The translations under genes and the position numbers were made by a program. 64,000 nt of DNA from Felis catus (lineage: Eukaryota): NCBI RefSeq assembly GCF_018350175.1, contig NC_058369.1, positions 10,046,001 through 10,110,000 on the forward strand, read 5' to 3'. Below the pieces are notes generated by a model. The model was not told the DNA's origin. It made no database searches and saw only the letters and a program-made list of their open reading frames with translations. Shown one piece after another: positions 1 to 11,160 of this stretch (position 1 is the first letter of the stretch; each line of letters opens with the position of its first letter).

Positions 1-1705
1 TGGCATTAGTGGGTGGGGAGTGGGGAGGAAAGAGAAGTCACCTGCCCCCACAGCTGGGGCCTGCCCCAGCCCCGCTGGGAGTCCTGAGCCCCCGGCCATG
101 GGGCAGACGGAGAGGATGACAGACGGGGACCCTCCGTGGGGCACCGCACCATCCCGATGATAATTCAGGTGCCAGGCCTAGAAGAGCAGGTGGAGGGCAG
201 GGAGCCCCCAGCTGTGAGCGGGGCTGAACGGATGGGGTCTGGGGTCAGGTTACAAGCCCACGCCGGCCCCTGGGGTGCTGGAAAGAAGAACAGAGACCAA
301 CAGCCTCTCCCCAAGAAGCAAACAGCATTGAGGTCAACAGGCCTAGAGCAGGCATCATCCTTAGGAGTCCCCCACACCTGTCCCCACACTGTCCGACCCC
401 TTCTCTGCGATGACTCCTGCAGCAGCCAAGGGACCAGAGCAAGCAGAAAAGGGAGAGAGAGAAAGAGAAACAGACAGAGAGAGGCGGAGAGGCGACCAGC
501 CATCTTGGCAGCCATCTTGAACCCCTCCCCCTGCTCCCCCAGGCACACCACATGTTTGGATGTGGGCAGACTAACCCAGGCCCTGGGTCCTGCAGGAGCC
601 AGGAGGAAAGGGGGCCCTGCCTCAAGCCTGGGACGGCTGGACACCCGCGCAGCTGCCACCACTGGGGAGGGTCGGGGGGGGGGGGGGCAGTGGTTACGGC
701 CAGGAAGGTACAGTGAGGGGCTGGGCAGGGATGGGGCTGGGTGCTGACCTAGACTGGAAGAGTAGGGACAGGGCCGTGCGTGGGGGCTGTGCAAGCAGAG
801 TGCTGTCTTCGTAGGGGTGCTGGGGGTTCACTGAAGCGATGCCTGCAGGGGCATTTTTCTGGCCAGGGCCGGAGCACCCACAGCACTCTCCACCCTCTTC
901 TGGTCCGGACTCCCGTCCCGGGACCCTCCGATGGGAGGATGACAGTTGATTCCCCATAGCTGGACCCAATGAACACCTGGGGGAGAGGGAGGGCTCTCGC
1001 CCTCAGAGCCCGAATCCGGGTGGATCAAACCCAACGGCTTTCCAGGCTTAACCGGGTGCCAGCGAGAGCGGGAGCGAGAAGACGCAGCCGAGCTGCCCAC
1101 CTCCTGACAGCGGTGCCCCCCGCGCTGCGGCCGGCGGGACACCCAGACGGACCCCTCCCCATCCACCGCGTCTCTGCCTCCCGGAGAAAAACAATCCCCA
1201 GCCCAGCATCCTGCGGTGCCAGCCCTCGACACTGCTCCTCCGGGGGCCGGGGCCCGCGCGCGGCGCGCACACGCACCCTCTCCGCTCACACCCAGACACC
1301 TACACAAACAGGGCGCCAAGCACCCGCGCGCACACGCACCGGGGACACGCAGGCACCGCCGCGCCGCTTCCCCACAAAGGCTGGAGCGCGCGCGGGCACA
1401 CGCAGCCACGCGCGGGCACACTCGCGGTCCCCTCCCCCCGCCGGGCACCCCGCGGCCGCCCATCCGCACCCCAGCGTCCCCGGCGCTCCGTGGGGGCCGC
1501 CCCTCTTGACCCCCAAGCCGGTGGATACGAAGTGCAGGCCGCCCCCGACTCCCCTCGGCTCAGGTGCAGTGAGTCGCGGCTCCAGCATCCCCTCCCCCTT
1601 CGCGGCCCGGACAGGCCTCGGCTCCCGTCCTCCCCCCACCCGCCTCGGCCCGCACACCTGGCCCAGGTGCGGCGTCCCCCTCGCCCTGGACCCACAGACA
1701 CTCAC
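1..1705 (-). other. ADGRL1: 5' part of ADGRL1 intron 1 (continues beyond the window start)
   Basis: Lies downstream of the GTGAGT donor. The canonical first coding exon (MARLAAVL...) is not in the window. Confidence 0.8.
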
Positions 1706-3030
1706 CTGTCCAGCGCAGCTCCGGGGTCGGCCCTGCGCGTCTCTCCTGCGGCTCCGCGAACCCCGGCCCCCCGCCCGGCACATCTCCCGGAACCGGGGCG
1801 GGGGGGAAAAGGGTGAGGGGTGGCGGGGCGAGGGCGGCCTCCGTGTCCCCTCCTTCCCCCGGCCCAGCACCGCCGCCACTAACCAAAAATTTAAAAAAAA
1901 TAAAAAAAAATAAAAAAAAAAAAAAAACGGATTATACAGCTCCAAAGGCGGCCCCCTCGCGGCGGCAGAGGCTCGGGGCTGGGGGCGAGCGGGTCTGCAC
2001 CCCTCCCGGAGAGGGAGGCGGCGGAGGCGGCTGGGCGGGGGCGGCGTCAGAGCTCCGGGGGCTGGGGCGAGGCGGAGCCCCCCGAGGCGGCGCCGACAGC
2101 GGCCCGCATCTCCCCCGCAGCTCCGCGGCCCCGACGGAGGCGGCACGTGTGCGCCCAGGCGACTTCCCAGCCCCCTCCGACGACGGCGGCGGCGGCGGCG
2201 GCCGGGGGGTTAACGGGCCAGCCGGGGCGCCCCTGCAGCCCCCCGCCGCCCGGCGGCGCCGCTCCGGGGCCCGCTCGGCCCCATCCGCCGGGGCCTCCTC
2301 CGGCAGACGGCGGGGCGGAGGCGCCGCAGCGCCAACAGCTCCCGCGCCGACGGCTCGGGCTCCCCGCAGTGGCCGCGGGGGGCTCGGGTTGGGGGCGGGC
2401 GGCGCGGAGCTGGGGGGGCGCGGCTGGAGGCGGGCGCGGCGGCGTCGCGCCCCCGGGGCGGCCGGAGGGGGGGGGGCGCCGGGCCGGGCCCGTGGGCACC
2501 GCAGGACGCGCGGACCGAGCCGGCGCCGGGCACCAGCAATGACAAGCCGCCTGCTCGCCCCTCTCCCCGACGCACCCGCTCCGGGAGGGGGGCGGCGGGC
2601 GCGCGCAAAACCCGGCCCGGAGCTGCCGCCAGGGATCGGCCGCCGCAACCAGTCCGAGCGCACCGGGGGCCGACCAGAAAACCCGGACTGGATTTTCCTT
2701 TCCTGCGCCTCCTACAGCCCCTCTGGAAATGCGAAAAGAGGGAAGGCGACGTGCTGGGTGGCTGCGTCGGAACGGGGAGTGGGGGAAGGGAGGCGGGCGC
2801 AAGGAAGACCCGGAGAGGATTTCGCGGCAGTTAAGTAAAGGAAAGGCGAAGGGAGAAATGGAGGAGCTCTGGAAGGGGTATGCAAAACCCGGATTGGATT
2901 AGACAGAGATGGGCGGGGGGGGCGGGGGGGAGTAGCTGCGACAGTGCCAAATGCACCCGGGGCACGCAAATTTGGGGCCGGATTCATCCTCGGGAGACGG
3001 AGTAATGCGTCATGCCTAATGCAGTGGGAA
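1000..3030 (-). promoter_or_regulatory. Main CpG island / promoter of ADGRL1
   Basis: Very high GC and CpG density, many GC boxes, ATTGG (CCAAT on minus) near 2894, CRE-like TGCGTCA near 3006-3012; spans exon 1. Confidence 0.9.
1706..2542 (-). other. ADGRL1: Non-coding first exon (5'UTR) of adhesion GPCR L1 / latrophilin-1; 3' end exact, 5' end approximate
   Basis: Minus strand reads poly-T, aatttttggttagtggcggcggtgctgggcc...ggacacggaggccgccctcg...gagatgtgccgggcgggggg...gcaggagagac...gctggacag|gtgagt. This closely matches my recollection of the human LPHN1/ADGRL1 mRNA 5' end. Canonical CAG|GTGAGT donor with the intron starting at 1705. TSS not visible; an Inr-like TCATTG lies at 2542-2537. 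Confidence 0.85.
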
Positions 3031-5229
3031 CAAGCAAGACCTGGCCTAGACTCCCCAGACCTGGGCTCGCAGGGGGCTCCTGGAGGGGCTGCTTAGTGGC
3101 TGAGGCCGAATGGGCTGCCCCAATCTTTCTGGCGGAGACGTGCAAGGGGGAGGGGCAAAAGGAGGGCTGGACTCTAGCACAGAAGGATCCGGAGCGCTGG
3201 CTGCAACGAAGCAGGCTGGTAAAAGCGGCTTCAGGATCCAGGGGCGACGAGAAGGGAATGCATTGAGGCTGCTACCCTGGGAGACCAGACCTACAATAAA
3301 AGACGAGGGAGGGACGCAAAGCCTGGACTGGAATTAGCGAGACAGGACAAGACCCCAGGAGAAGATCCTGGACAACTGGACAAGGGCTTGGAGCTGACGG
3401 GACAGCAGGACCCGGGAGGGGAGCGTTAAGTGGAGGTTGTATCTATAAACGCCTCGAACGTCTCGCTTGGGGAGGGGGGTTGGGGGGGGGAGGAGAGAGA
3501 AAAAATGGAATTTTAGGTTCTCGGCAAGAGCAAAAACCCGGTTCGGAATTTCACAGCCCAGCCACTACACTGCAGCTGGTGGACTTGAAGAAGTAGGGCA
3601 AGGAACCAGAGGGTTCCTAGGCATCTGGCCGAGTGAGGTGAAGGGCAGGTTTCAGGCCGAAGCTGCAGAGGGAGCCCCGCACCCCCTCTCCAGGGTGGGG
3701 AAGGCTGTCCAACCTGGCTTGGATCCCCGGAACCAGACTGTCCCTGCCAAGACCCACAGTGGGGGCTATAAAACCGGGCCCCAGGCCAAAAATAAGCACT
3801 TCAGCAGAATAGAGAACACAGTGCCAGGTGGGGGCTGGGGGGAAATCGGAGGGGTGAGGGCTACTGGAAGGTCCTGAGACGTAAGATTGGGTTAGGATCT
3901 CAGGAGACTGGACCTGGAAGCCTGGCTGCTGGCTAGGTTTTATGAAAGATGGGTGCAACTCTAAGACTTCGGAATGGGGAGGAGCAAATCCCTGGCTTGG
4001 ATCCTCTGGGAAGGGAGTCCATCCAAAAGCGAGGCCTAAACAGTAAAGCAGCCAGCTTATGCAAAGTCCAAAGTCCTGGATGAATCTTGGTGGGTCCAGA
4101 AGGGGCACATAGTGGGGTGTGGGGGAGATGTCGGGCAGATAAATCTGGATCTGGATTATAGAGGAAGGGAAAGGGCTGAGGAAGGGGAGGAGGGCCGACT
4201 CCTGTTTCTGTCTCCAGGAAGAGAATGCATCGCCACCCAAGCTTGGCCCTGGAGAATGGGTGATGAATAGGGTGGAAGTCGCAGCGGGAGGGTCTGGGCG
4301 GTAAATACACAAAACTTGGGGCAGACTTGGATGGAAACTCTGAATAAGAAAGCCTAAACTGAACATCTGCAAGCAAATTAACCTGGCCTCTAAGAAACCC
4401 TTCCAAGAAGCATATCCAGATAGCTGAACATAGGGAAAGACAGAGACACCAGACTTCCAGGCCTGCTGGGTGACCAGGGGCAAACTCCTTGGCGACCTGC
4501 TGCCCTCCACCCCCTTTAACGGAGAGCTTCAATTTCAGGACTAGGCAGGGATTTTCGTGGTCCAAAACCTGGGGCAAATCAGGCCCCCAAACTTCCAGCG
4601 GGGGGAGGGTAGGTGAGCCACCTTTGTTCCCCTTTCACTGCCAGGACTCCATGACTGTAGAGCTCAGGCCTGGAATCTGAGTGGCTAGGTCCAACAACTG
4701 GATCTAAGAACAAATGTGAACGAAGCAGAGGTTGGTGGATGCGGAAAGGATTCTGCGGGTCTATGGGGGGGGGGGGGTTGCGGGGGCGGGGAATGGGAGG
4801 GGGTGCCTCACCTCCCCACATCCCAGTTTCCCACTTTGAGATATAGCAACAGCACCTGATAAGGACCCATGGAAGGCTTTGGGGGTGCTGGGGAGTGGGG
4901 GGGCAGTGCCCGCTTTCTATAACGTATGGCTCAGAGGAAGCTGGGCAGACACCTCCAGAGCCCTCTGGCTCCGAGCCTCCTCCCACCCCCCACCCTCCAG
5001 CAACCCAGCAGCCCACTCGCCTCCCCCCAGCAGAGCAACCCTAGGAATCTAAGAGCTTGTCTAGGAGGTGAGGGGGTGCCAACTTGCATTCTCCAGGGAC
5101 TGCCAGAAGGGGTAGTTTTTACTTGTGGAAAATCAAGGGGTCGCAGGCTTGAAGGGACTCCCGGCTCGGTTCGGAAAAATCCCGGCCAGGGACCCCCTCC
5201 CAGCCCCTCCGCTCTCTGCTAATCCCCTT

Positions 5230-5830
5230 GCTCTCAGCCAGGATCGGTTAGCCAGCCGCCATTCCATCCCGGGCTCCTGATCTCGCTGGCGTGGGGCTCG
5301 GGAGGCAAAGGCTGGGGAGAGAATGGGGGCGCGAAAGAGCCTTGACTCCCTCCCACCGCCACCCCCAACACCCCCGCCCCCCAACCCCTCGGCTGCGCAG
5401 CCGCAGTGGAGTCTGCGAGAACTGCCCGGCTCCGGGAACCAACGCGTCGGCGCGAGCGCGCGGTCTTGCCGGGGCGCCGCGTGCCCTGCACCGTGCGGGT
5501 TGGTACCCGCGCAGCGCGCGGCGACTCTCCGCTCCCGGGGTGACTCTCGCTTCGGGCATCCTACCGTGCGCCGCGGTCCTCCCATGCCCAGCGTGCCCCT
5601 CGCCCCGGGTACCTCACGTTCTGTGCACCCTATACCCCAAACCCTCCACACCCAGGATGTCCCGCGCCCAGGGCACCTCACGTTCTGATCCTCCCACCTG
5701 GGGACCCTATATGTCGTGCGCCTTAGCACCTCGGGCATCCCGGCTTCAGACATGGCTCCACTCAGCCGTGCCCTCTGTCCCCGCCTGTGCCCTCCATGCG
5801 TGGCATCCACTGCCCCGGACCCCCCTGTCT
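5230..5830. promoter_or_regulatory. Secondary CpG island upstream of the ADGRL1 promoter
   Basis: Dense CpG (e.g. cgcgtcggcgcgagcgcgcgg) in non-repeat sequence. Confidence 0.7.
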
Positions 5831-6559
5831 GGGTTCTGCCCCCCTCCACCCTCCCCTGTGTCCCGGTGTCCTGCCTCAGGCTCCTTAGGTCCTCAGTGCC
5901 AGCTTAAGTCCTGTGTGCCAGGCCGAAGCTTGTAACCGGAGCGCGGGGGGTGGGGGGTGGGGTGGATGGTGGGGGGCAGTCGGTGGATGGGTAGGAAACA
6001 CATTCGGGACTCCGGAGGAACTGAGCTACGCCCAGACCTCCACCGTTCACCAGACGCCCCCAGCTGGACTTTTCTTAGAGCCCATTCAGTGCGGGATGCA
6101 CAGTCCTGCAGGTCATGTTATCACTCGGTTCATATATTCACTCCTGCCATTTATTCCTCAAACACGGAGCACCCCTTATGTGCCCTTAGTGTGGGCAAGG
6201 GGGTTGGCGTTGAGGAGGCCCTGGTGCCCCAAGAACATGACTTGGAGCCCTCTGGGGCATTCTGGTTCCAGCGGGTAAGACAGACACAGGGGGCATGATG
6301 GAATTAGCCCTGGAAAGTGAGCGGGGTGTTGGGAAGTGGATGGCAGCTGTGTCTGAGCCTTGAGGGGTGAGCAGGCGGGGCTCTGTGTGCCCCTGGCCCT
6401 CCTGGAGGCTCCCTGGATCCCACTTGGGGCAATGTTTTAACCCCATCCCATGCTACCCCCTCACTCAAGTGAAAAGCAAGGTAAAGAGGTGTCAGAATTG
6501 GGTCAGGAGGATAGACTGGGGACGGACATGAACTCCAGCCTCTGTCTTTGCTGAGGAGG

Positions 6560-7250
6560 TATTCAGCCAGTCAACAAATATCTATTGAGCATCTATTGTG
6601 TGCCAGGCACTGTGCCAGGTGCTGGGGACACAGCAATGAACAAGGCAGAAGAGATTCTCTGTTCTCGGGGCTGACATCAGGTGAGAAATCAGACAAGATA
6701 CAGGATGTCAGATGATGATAAGTGCTGTGAAAAAGATTAAGGAAAGAAAACAGAGGGCGTGGTGGTGGCTTCAGTTTTAGATGGAGGAAGTCAAAGAGCC
6801 TTCTCTGAGAAGGTGGTATTTGGATAAAGACCTGATGAGGAGGAGTCATGGAGGAAGGGTGTTCCAGGCAGGGGGAGCAGCCTGTGCAAAGGTCCTGAGG
6901 CAGAAACATGCCAGGTGGTCGAAGGACCCACGAGAGAGCCTATGTCTCTGGATGGAGTGAATGAGGGGGAAAGAAGGGGGTGAGGTGGGGAGGTGATGGG
7001 GCAGATAGGGTGGGGCTCTCTGAGGAGGAGACAGTTGAGCTGAGACCTGAAACCTGAGGAGCCCATCATGTGTGACCCAAGAAGAACAAACAGCAAGTGC
7101 AAAGGCCCTGTGGTTGGAATAAGCAGGACTATTTGAAGAGCACAAGGGCCAGCATGGTGAGACCACTAGGCACAGTCTCAAAAGCCACGAGGAGGGTCTG
7201 GATTGGATTCTCAGAGACAAGCGAGCCGAAGGAGGGCTACGAGCAGGCGG
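6560..7250 (-). mobile_element. L2 LINE 3' fragment
   Basis: caacaaatatctattgagcatctattgtgtgccaggcactgtg...ttccaggcagggggagcagcctgtgcaaaggtcctgagg, the typical antisense L2 3' end. Confidence 0.85.
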
Positions 7251-7284
7251 ATGGCATCTTCATATTTAAATGTTTAGCAGACAA

Positions 7285-7872
7285 TACAGGTCGTTCCTCA
7301 GTAAATACAACATAGAATTACCATATGGCCCAGCAACTCCACTCCGAAGTGTATACCTAAGAGAATTGAAAGCAGATAGTCAAATAGATACTAGCGCACC
7401 AATATTCACAGCAGCATTATTCACAAAAGCTGGAAGGTGGAAACAACCCAAATGTCCATCAATGAATGAACAGATAAAATGCTGTATATCCACGCAAGGG
7501 AATACTATTCAGCCACAAACAGGAATGAAGTCTTGACACATGCTACAATGTGGATGAATCTTGAAAACGCTATGCTGAGTTAAAGAAGCCAGACACCAAA
7601 GAGCAGCTATCGTATGATTCAATTTATACGAAGTATCCAGAACAGCTAAATCTGTAAAGACAGAAAGCAGATTAATGGTTGCCAGGGGCTGGGGGGGGAG
7701 CTGGGAGGTGGACTGACTGCTAATGGGTACCAGTTTCCTTTTGGGGTGATGGAAATACCTGGAATTAGATTGAGGTGGTGGCCGCACAACGCTGTAAATG
7801 TACTAAATGCCACTGAATCGTTCGTTTTTTAAATGGTTAGCGGTTAATTTTATGTTATGTGGATTTTCCCTC
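7285..7872 (+). mobile_element. Old L1 (L1MB-like) ORF2 end and 3'UTR
   Basis: atagaattaccatatggcccagcaactccact...aaacaacccaaatgtccatcaat; the ORF at 7270 carries the L1 ORF2 C-terminal motif ELPY.PA.P...AALFT.A..WKQPKCPS. Confidence 0.9.
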
Positions 7873-8199
7873 AGGTAAAACAGGATCGTGGGGGCGGATA
7901 TGAGAAGGAGCCCGGAGACTGGGGAGGTGGCTGCCGCCATCGGTCCAGGTGAGAGCCCACAGAGGCCTGGAACAGGGTGCGAAGGCAAAGTGGTCGGATC
8001 TGAGGCATATCCTAGACGCTGAGCCAATAGAACCCCTTAACCTTTGCACCCCGCATCGGGACTGATGAAAGGTCACCTCATGACACACCATTGAAAACTG
8101 TTAACACCCCAACCCTCCTCACTCCCGGAAAAGGAAGAGTCCAGGAAGCAGACGGGGTGCAGCCTGAGCGGCGGGCAGACGGGAATGGTGGTTGGTTCC

Positions 8200-8620
8200 C
8201 AGTTAGGTACCAATTGTGGGGGCTGGAAGAGGGGGGGCACAGCTGCGCTTCCCTCCCCGGCCGCTAGGGGCCGCTGCCCCGCTGCTCTGCGGCCGCCAGG
8301 TGAGGAGGCCCCGCCCCTTCCCCCCTAGGTGTGCGGGAGGCGCGGCCGCGGGGCCGGGGGAGGAGGGGGAAGAGCGCAGAGCCGGCGGAGGAGCTGGAGG
8401 GTGAGGGGACAAAGTGGGGACAGAGGGAGCGATCTGAGCGTGTGGGGCTGCTGAGGTGGAAGGAGAGAGAAAGCCCAGGGGAGGTCGAGGGTGTGAGATT
8501 AGGGAGCAGGAGTCAGCAGAGTGCTTGGGGGGGGGGTGAGCTGGGGGGGGGGACGCGCTGAGGGGTCTGGCGGAGCGCGGAGTTGGGAGGAAACCGCCGA
8601 GGGCACAGAGCAAAGCTGGG
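8200..8620. promoter_or_regulatory. Small CpG-rich element
   Basis: CpG cluster with GC box ccccgcccc; strong G skew on + strand to ~8850. Confidence 0.55.
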
Positions 8621-9649
8621 GGAAGGAAGACAGGTGAGGAGGCAGGGGGAGTCCTAGAGGTGAAGGCATTGCCTCGGGGACTTGACTGGGGGACATCTGG
8701 ACGGTGTTTGGGGTTGGCTGGGATGGTGGGGGGGGGGGGTGGTGGGCTGGCGCGTGGGAAGTCAAGGACCCCAGGGAGGGGGTCCTGCGCTTCGCCAGCC
8801 TTGACTGGGATGGACTGGGGGGGAGGGGCGGCGGGGAAGACATCTCAGACCCTGACCCCTTGGACCAGCCATGGGGAAAGACCTTCTGAGGATGAACTGT
8901 GCCTGTCAGCTCATCTTAGGAGCCCAGCTTGCTTCTGCAGAAGGTATTAGCCAGGTAAGCGGTTTATTCCACCTGGCAAGAGGGCCCTCCCTCTCTCTCC
9001 TTTATGGCCTGTGCTCCAGGGCCACTATTCACTGTGGTGGAGCTGGGTGGTGGGCCAATGGCAATGAATGAGACACGCAGGCGCAGTTGGCTGGGAGCTG
9101 GCAAGGACGTGTCACTGCAAATGTGAGCCTTGGAAGACAGGTAGGGACCGTGCAAGAGGACCCCTGGGAGGCCCTCCCCAGCCAGAGGGCTCAGCGAAGG
9201 CCGGGCTGGGGGAAATGACCCGTAATCAGACAGCAGGAACCCACCGGCTGAAAAATAGAAGGCCCTGGTCCCTCTGGTGATCTGGGCGGAGAAGGGGTCC
9301 TCAGGATGTTGCCAAGAAAAATGCCAGCAGGTTCCAGGCTGCAGTTGGGCAACAGGGAGACACAGGGCCTGAGGTTACCTGGCAAATGTCTGCCAGGTCT
9401 AAAGAGACCACAAGGCTCTGTGAGATGGAGAGGAATGGGGAAGGGTGTTGAGAGGGGAGGGGAGGGGCCCATGAAGGTCAAGGCCATGGCCACGGGAAGG
9501 TAGAAAGAGATTCCTGCCCTTGCATGGGTCCAGGACAGGTGCCACAAAGCCAAATGCCGACCAGGGAACAGAAGCATCGAAATGAGGCAGGTGTGAGGCA
9601 GCGAGGAGGGAGGGTGGGCTGGAGACGCATGCTTCCCCCCCCCCCCTTT

Positions 9650-9790
9650 TAAGCCAGCAGGCTCTTTGTACTACTTAACTCCAGCTGAGTGCTACCCCGT
9701 GCAAAGTCAGGTTCACAGTTGCCAGCATGGAATTTTCAAGAGAAGCCAGAAGTCAGGATTTTTGTGTAAAATTCCCTGAGCTTTAAGATT
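9650..9790 (-). mobile_element. MER102-like hAT DNA transposon fragment
   Basis: gttgccag...ttttcaagagaagccagaagtcaggatttttgtgtaaaat resembles antisense MER102. Confidence 0.6.
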
Positions 9791-9791
9791 T

Positions 9792-10015
9792 TCTTTTTAA
9801 AGTTTAATTTATTTTGAGGGAGAGACAGAGAGAAAGAGCGTGCACAAGTGGGAGAGGGGCAGAGAGAGAGAGAGAGGGAGAGAAAGAATCCCGAGCAGGC
9901 TCTGTGCACTCAGCGTGGAGCCCAACGCAGGGCTCAGTCTCATGAACTGTGAGATCAGGACCTGAGCCGCAACACAGAGTCAGATGCTTAACTGCCTGAG
10001 CCACCCAGGCGCCAC
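9792..10015 (-). mobile_element. CAN-SINE (SINEC)
   Basis: T-rich tail, (GA)n, tRNA-derived head ...gagccacccaggcgcc; TSD-like attccctga(g/a)ctttaa on both sides. Confidence 0.92.
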
Positions 10016-10225
10016 CCCCCCCCTCCCCAGATTCCCTGAACTTTAACTATCACGGACTCATCTGCTAAGGTGACATTGTTCCAACCCAGCATTTCCGTTC
10101 CTGGGTTTATTCCCAGTGGGAACGGACACGTATTCCCACCAAAAGACACATCCATCATGGCCAGACCCTGGATACCTCTGGACACCGGCCAAGTGGCCAT
10201 CCATTGGCAAATGTAAAAGAATCGT

Positions 10226-10226
<1 letters not shown>

Positions 10227-10265
<39 letters not shown>
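10227..10265 (+). repeat. (CA)n microsatellite within an old L1 fragment (~10070-10435)
   Basis: Perfect CA run. Confidence 0.95.
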
Positions 10266-10267
<2 letters not shown>

Positions 10268-10439
10268 GAATATGATACAGCGATGAAAAAGAACAAAGTA
10301 CGGATACATGGAGAGCCTTGTGCATGATGAATCTCAAGACATAATGCTGAGCAAAAGTACAAGACAATTAGAATGCACCGCATGATCCCTTTCTATGACC
10401 TTCAAGCACAGGCAGAAGTAATCTGTGGAGTCAGGACCC

Positions 10440-10632
10440 CAAGGCTTGCTATCTGTAGACCACTGACGTCTGGGCCTGGATGATTCTTTGTCGTGGGAGA
10501 CCTGTTCTGCACATTGGAGGATGCTGAGAAGCGCTCCTGGTCTCTCCCCACTAGATGCCAGTAGCATATCCCCAGTCGTGACATGTGTCCCTTGTGTGTT
10601 GGGGTACAGTCCCCTTCAGGTGAGGACCACTG
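10440..10632 (-). mobile_element. MER20 DNA transposon
   Basis: ccactagatgccagtagc...ccagtcgtgaca...gaggaccactg matches antisense MER20. Confidence 0.8.
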
Positions 10633-10819
10633 GGAAAGGGATACTTTGGGGCAGGGCCATTCACTGGAAAGTGGCCTTCAGGGAGCCTCTGAGAGGCTGG
10701 AATATTCTGTATCTTGAGCTAGGTGGTGGTGACAAGGAAGAAATGTATTTTTTAAATTCTGTATTCTTGAGCTATATTCTTAAGAAGCATGTGCTTCACA
10801 ATAAAAGAGTTAACCCTAT

Positions 10820-11160
10820 AACATGAATGACCCTTGAAAACATTAGGCTGAGTGAAAGAAGCCAGACACAAAAGGCCACAGATTGTATGACTCCATTTAT
10901 GAGAAATGTCCAGAATAGGCAAATTCATAGAGACAGAAATTAGATCAGTGGTTGACCAGGGCTGGAGGAGGAGGAATGGAGAGTGACTGATCATGGGTAC
11001 AAGATTTCTTTTGGGGCGATGAGAATGTTCTGGATCTAGATACCGGTGATGGTTGCACAACACCTGAATATACGTAAATGCACTGAGTTGTACACTTTAA
11101 AATGGTTACTCTTATGGTGGGTGAATCATACCTTAAAAAGAAATTATAAGGAAAAAAAAA
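10820..11160 (+). mobile_element. L1MB-like 3'UTR
   Basis: ccttgaaaacattaggctgagtgaaagaagccagacacaaaaggccaca...tgtacactttaaaatggtt. Confidence 0.88.

Noticed and set aside
828..2838. Long overlapping ORFs (200-340 aa) over the CpG island
   Set aside because: Open in several frames on both strands because stop codons are rare in GC-rich DNA; Arg/Gly/Pro/Ala low complexity; no recognisable domain; they cross the poly-A tract.
3617..4577. 297-aa and 214-aa minus-strand ORFs
   Set aside because: No recognisable family; composition follows the purine/pyrimidine strand bias; no exon context.
7270..7536. ORF with L1 ORF2 C-terminal similarity
   Set aside because: Decayed L1 fragment, not a gene.
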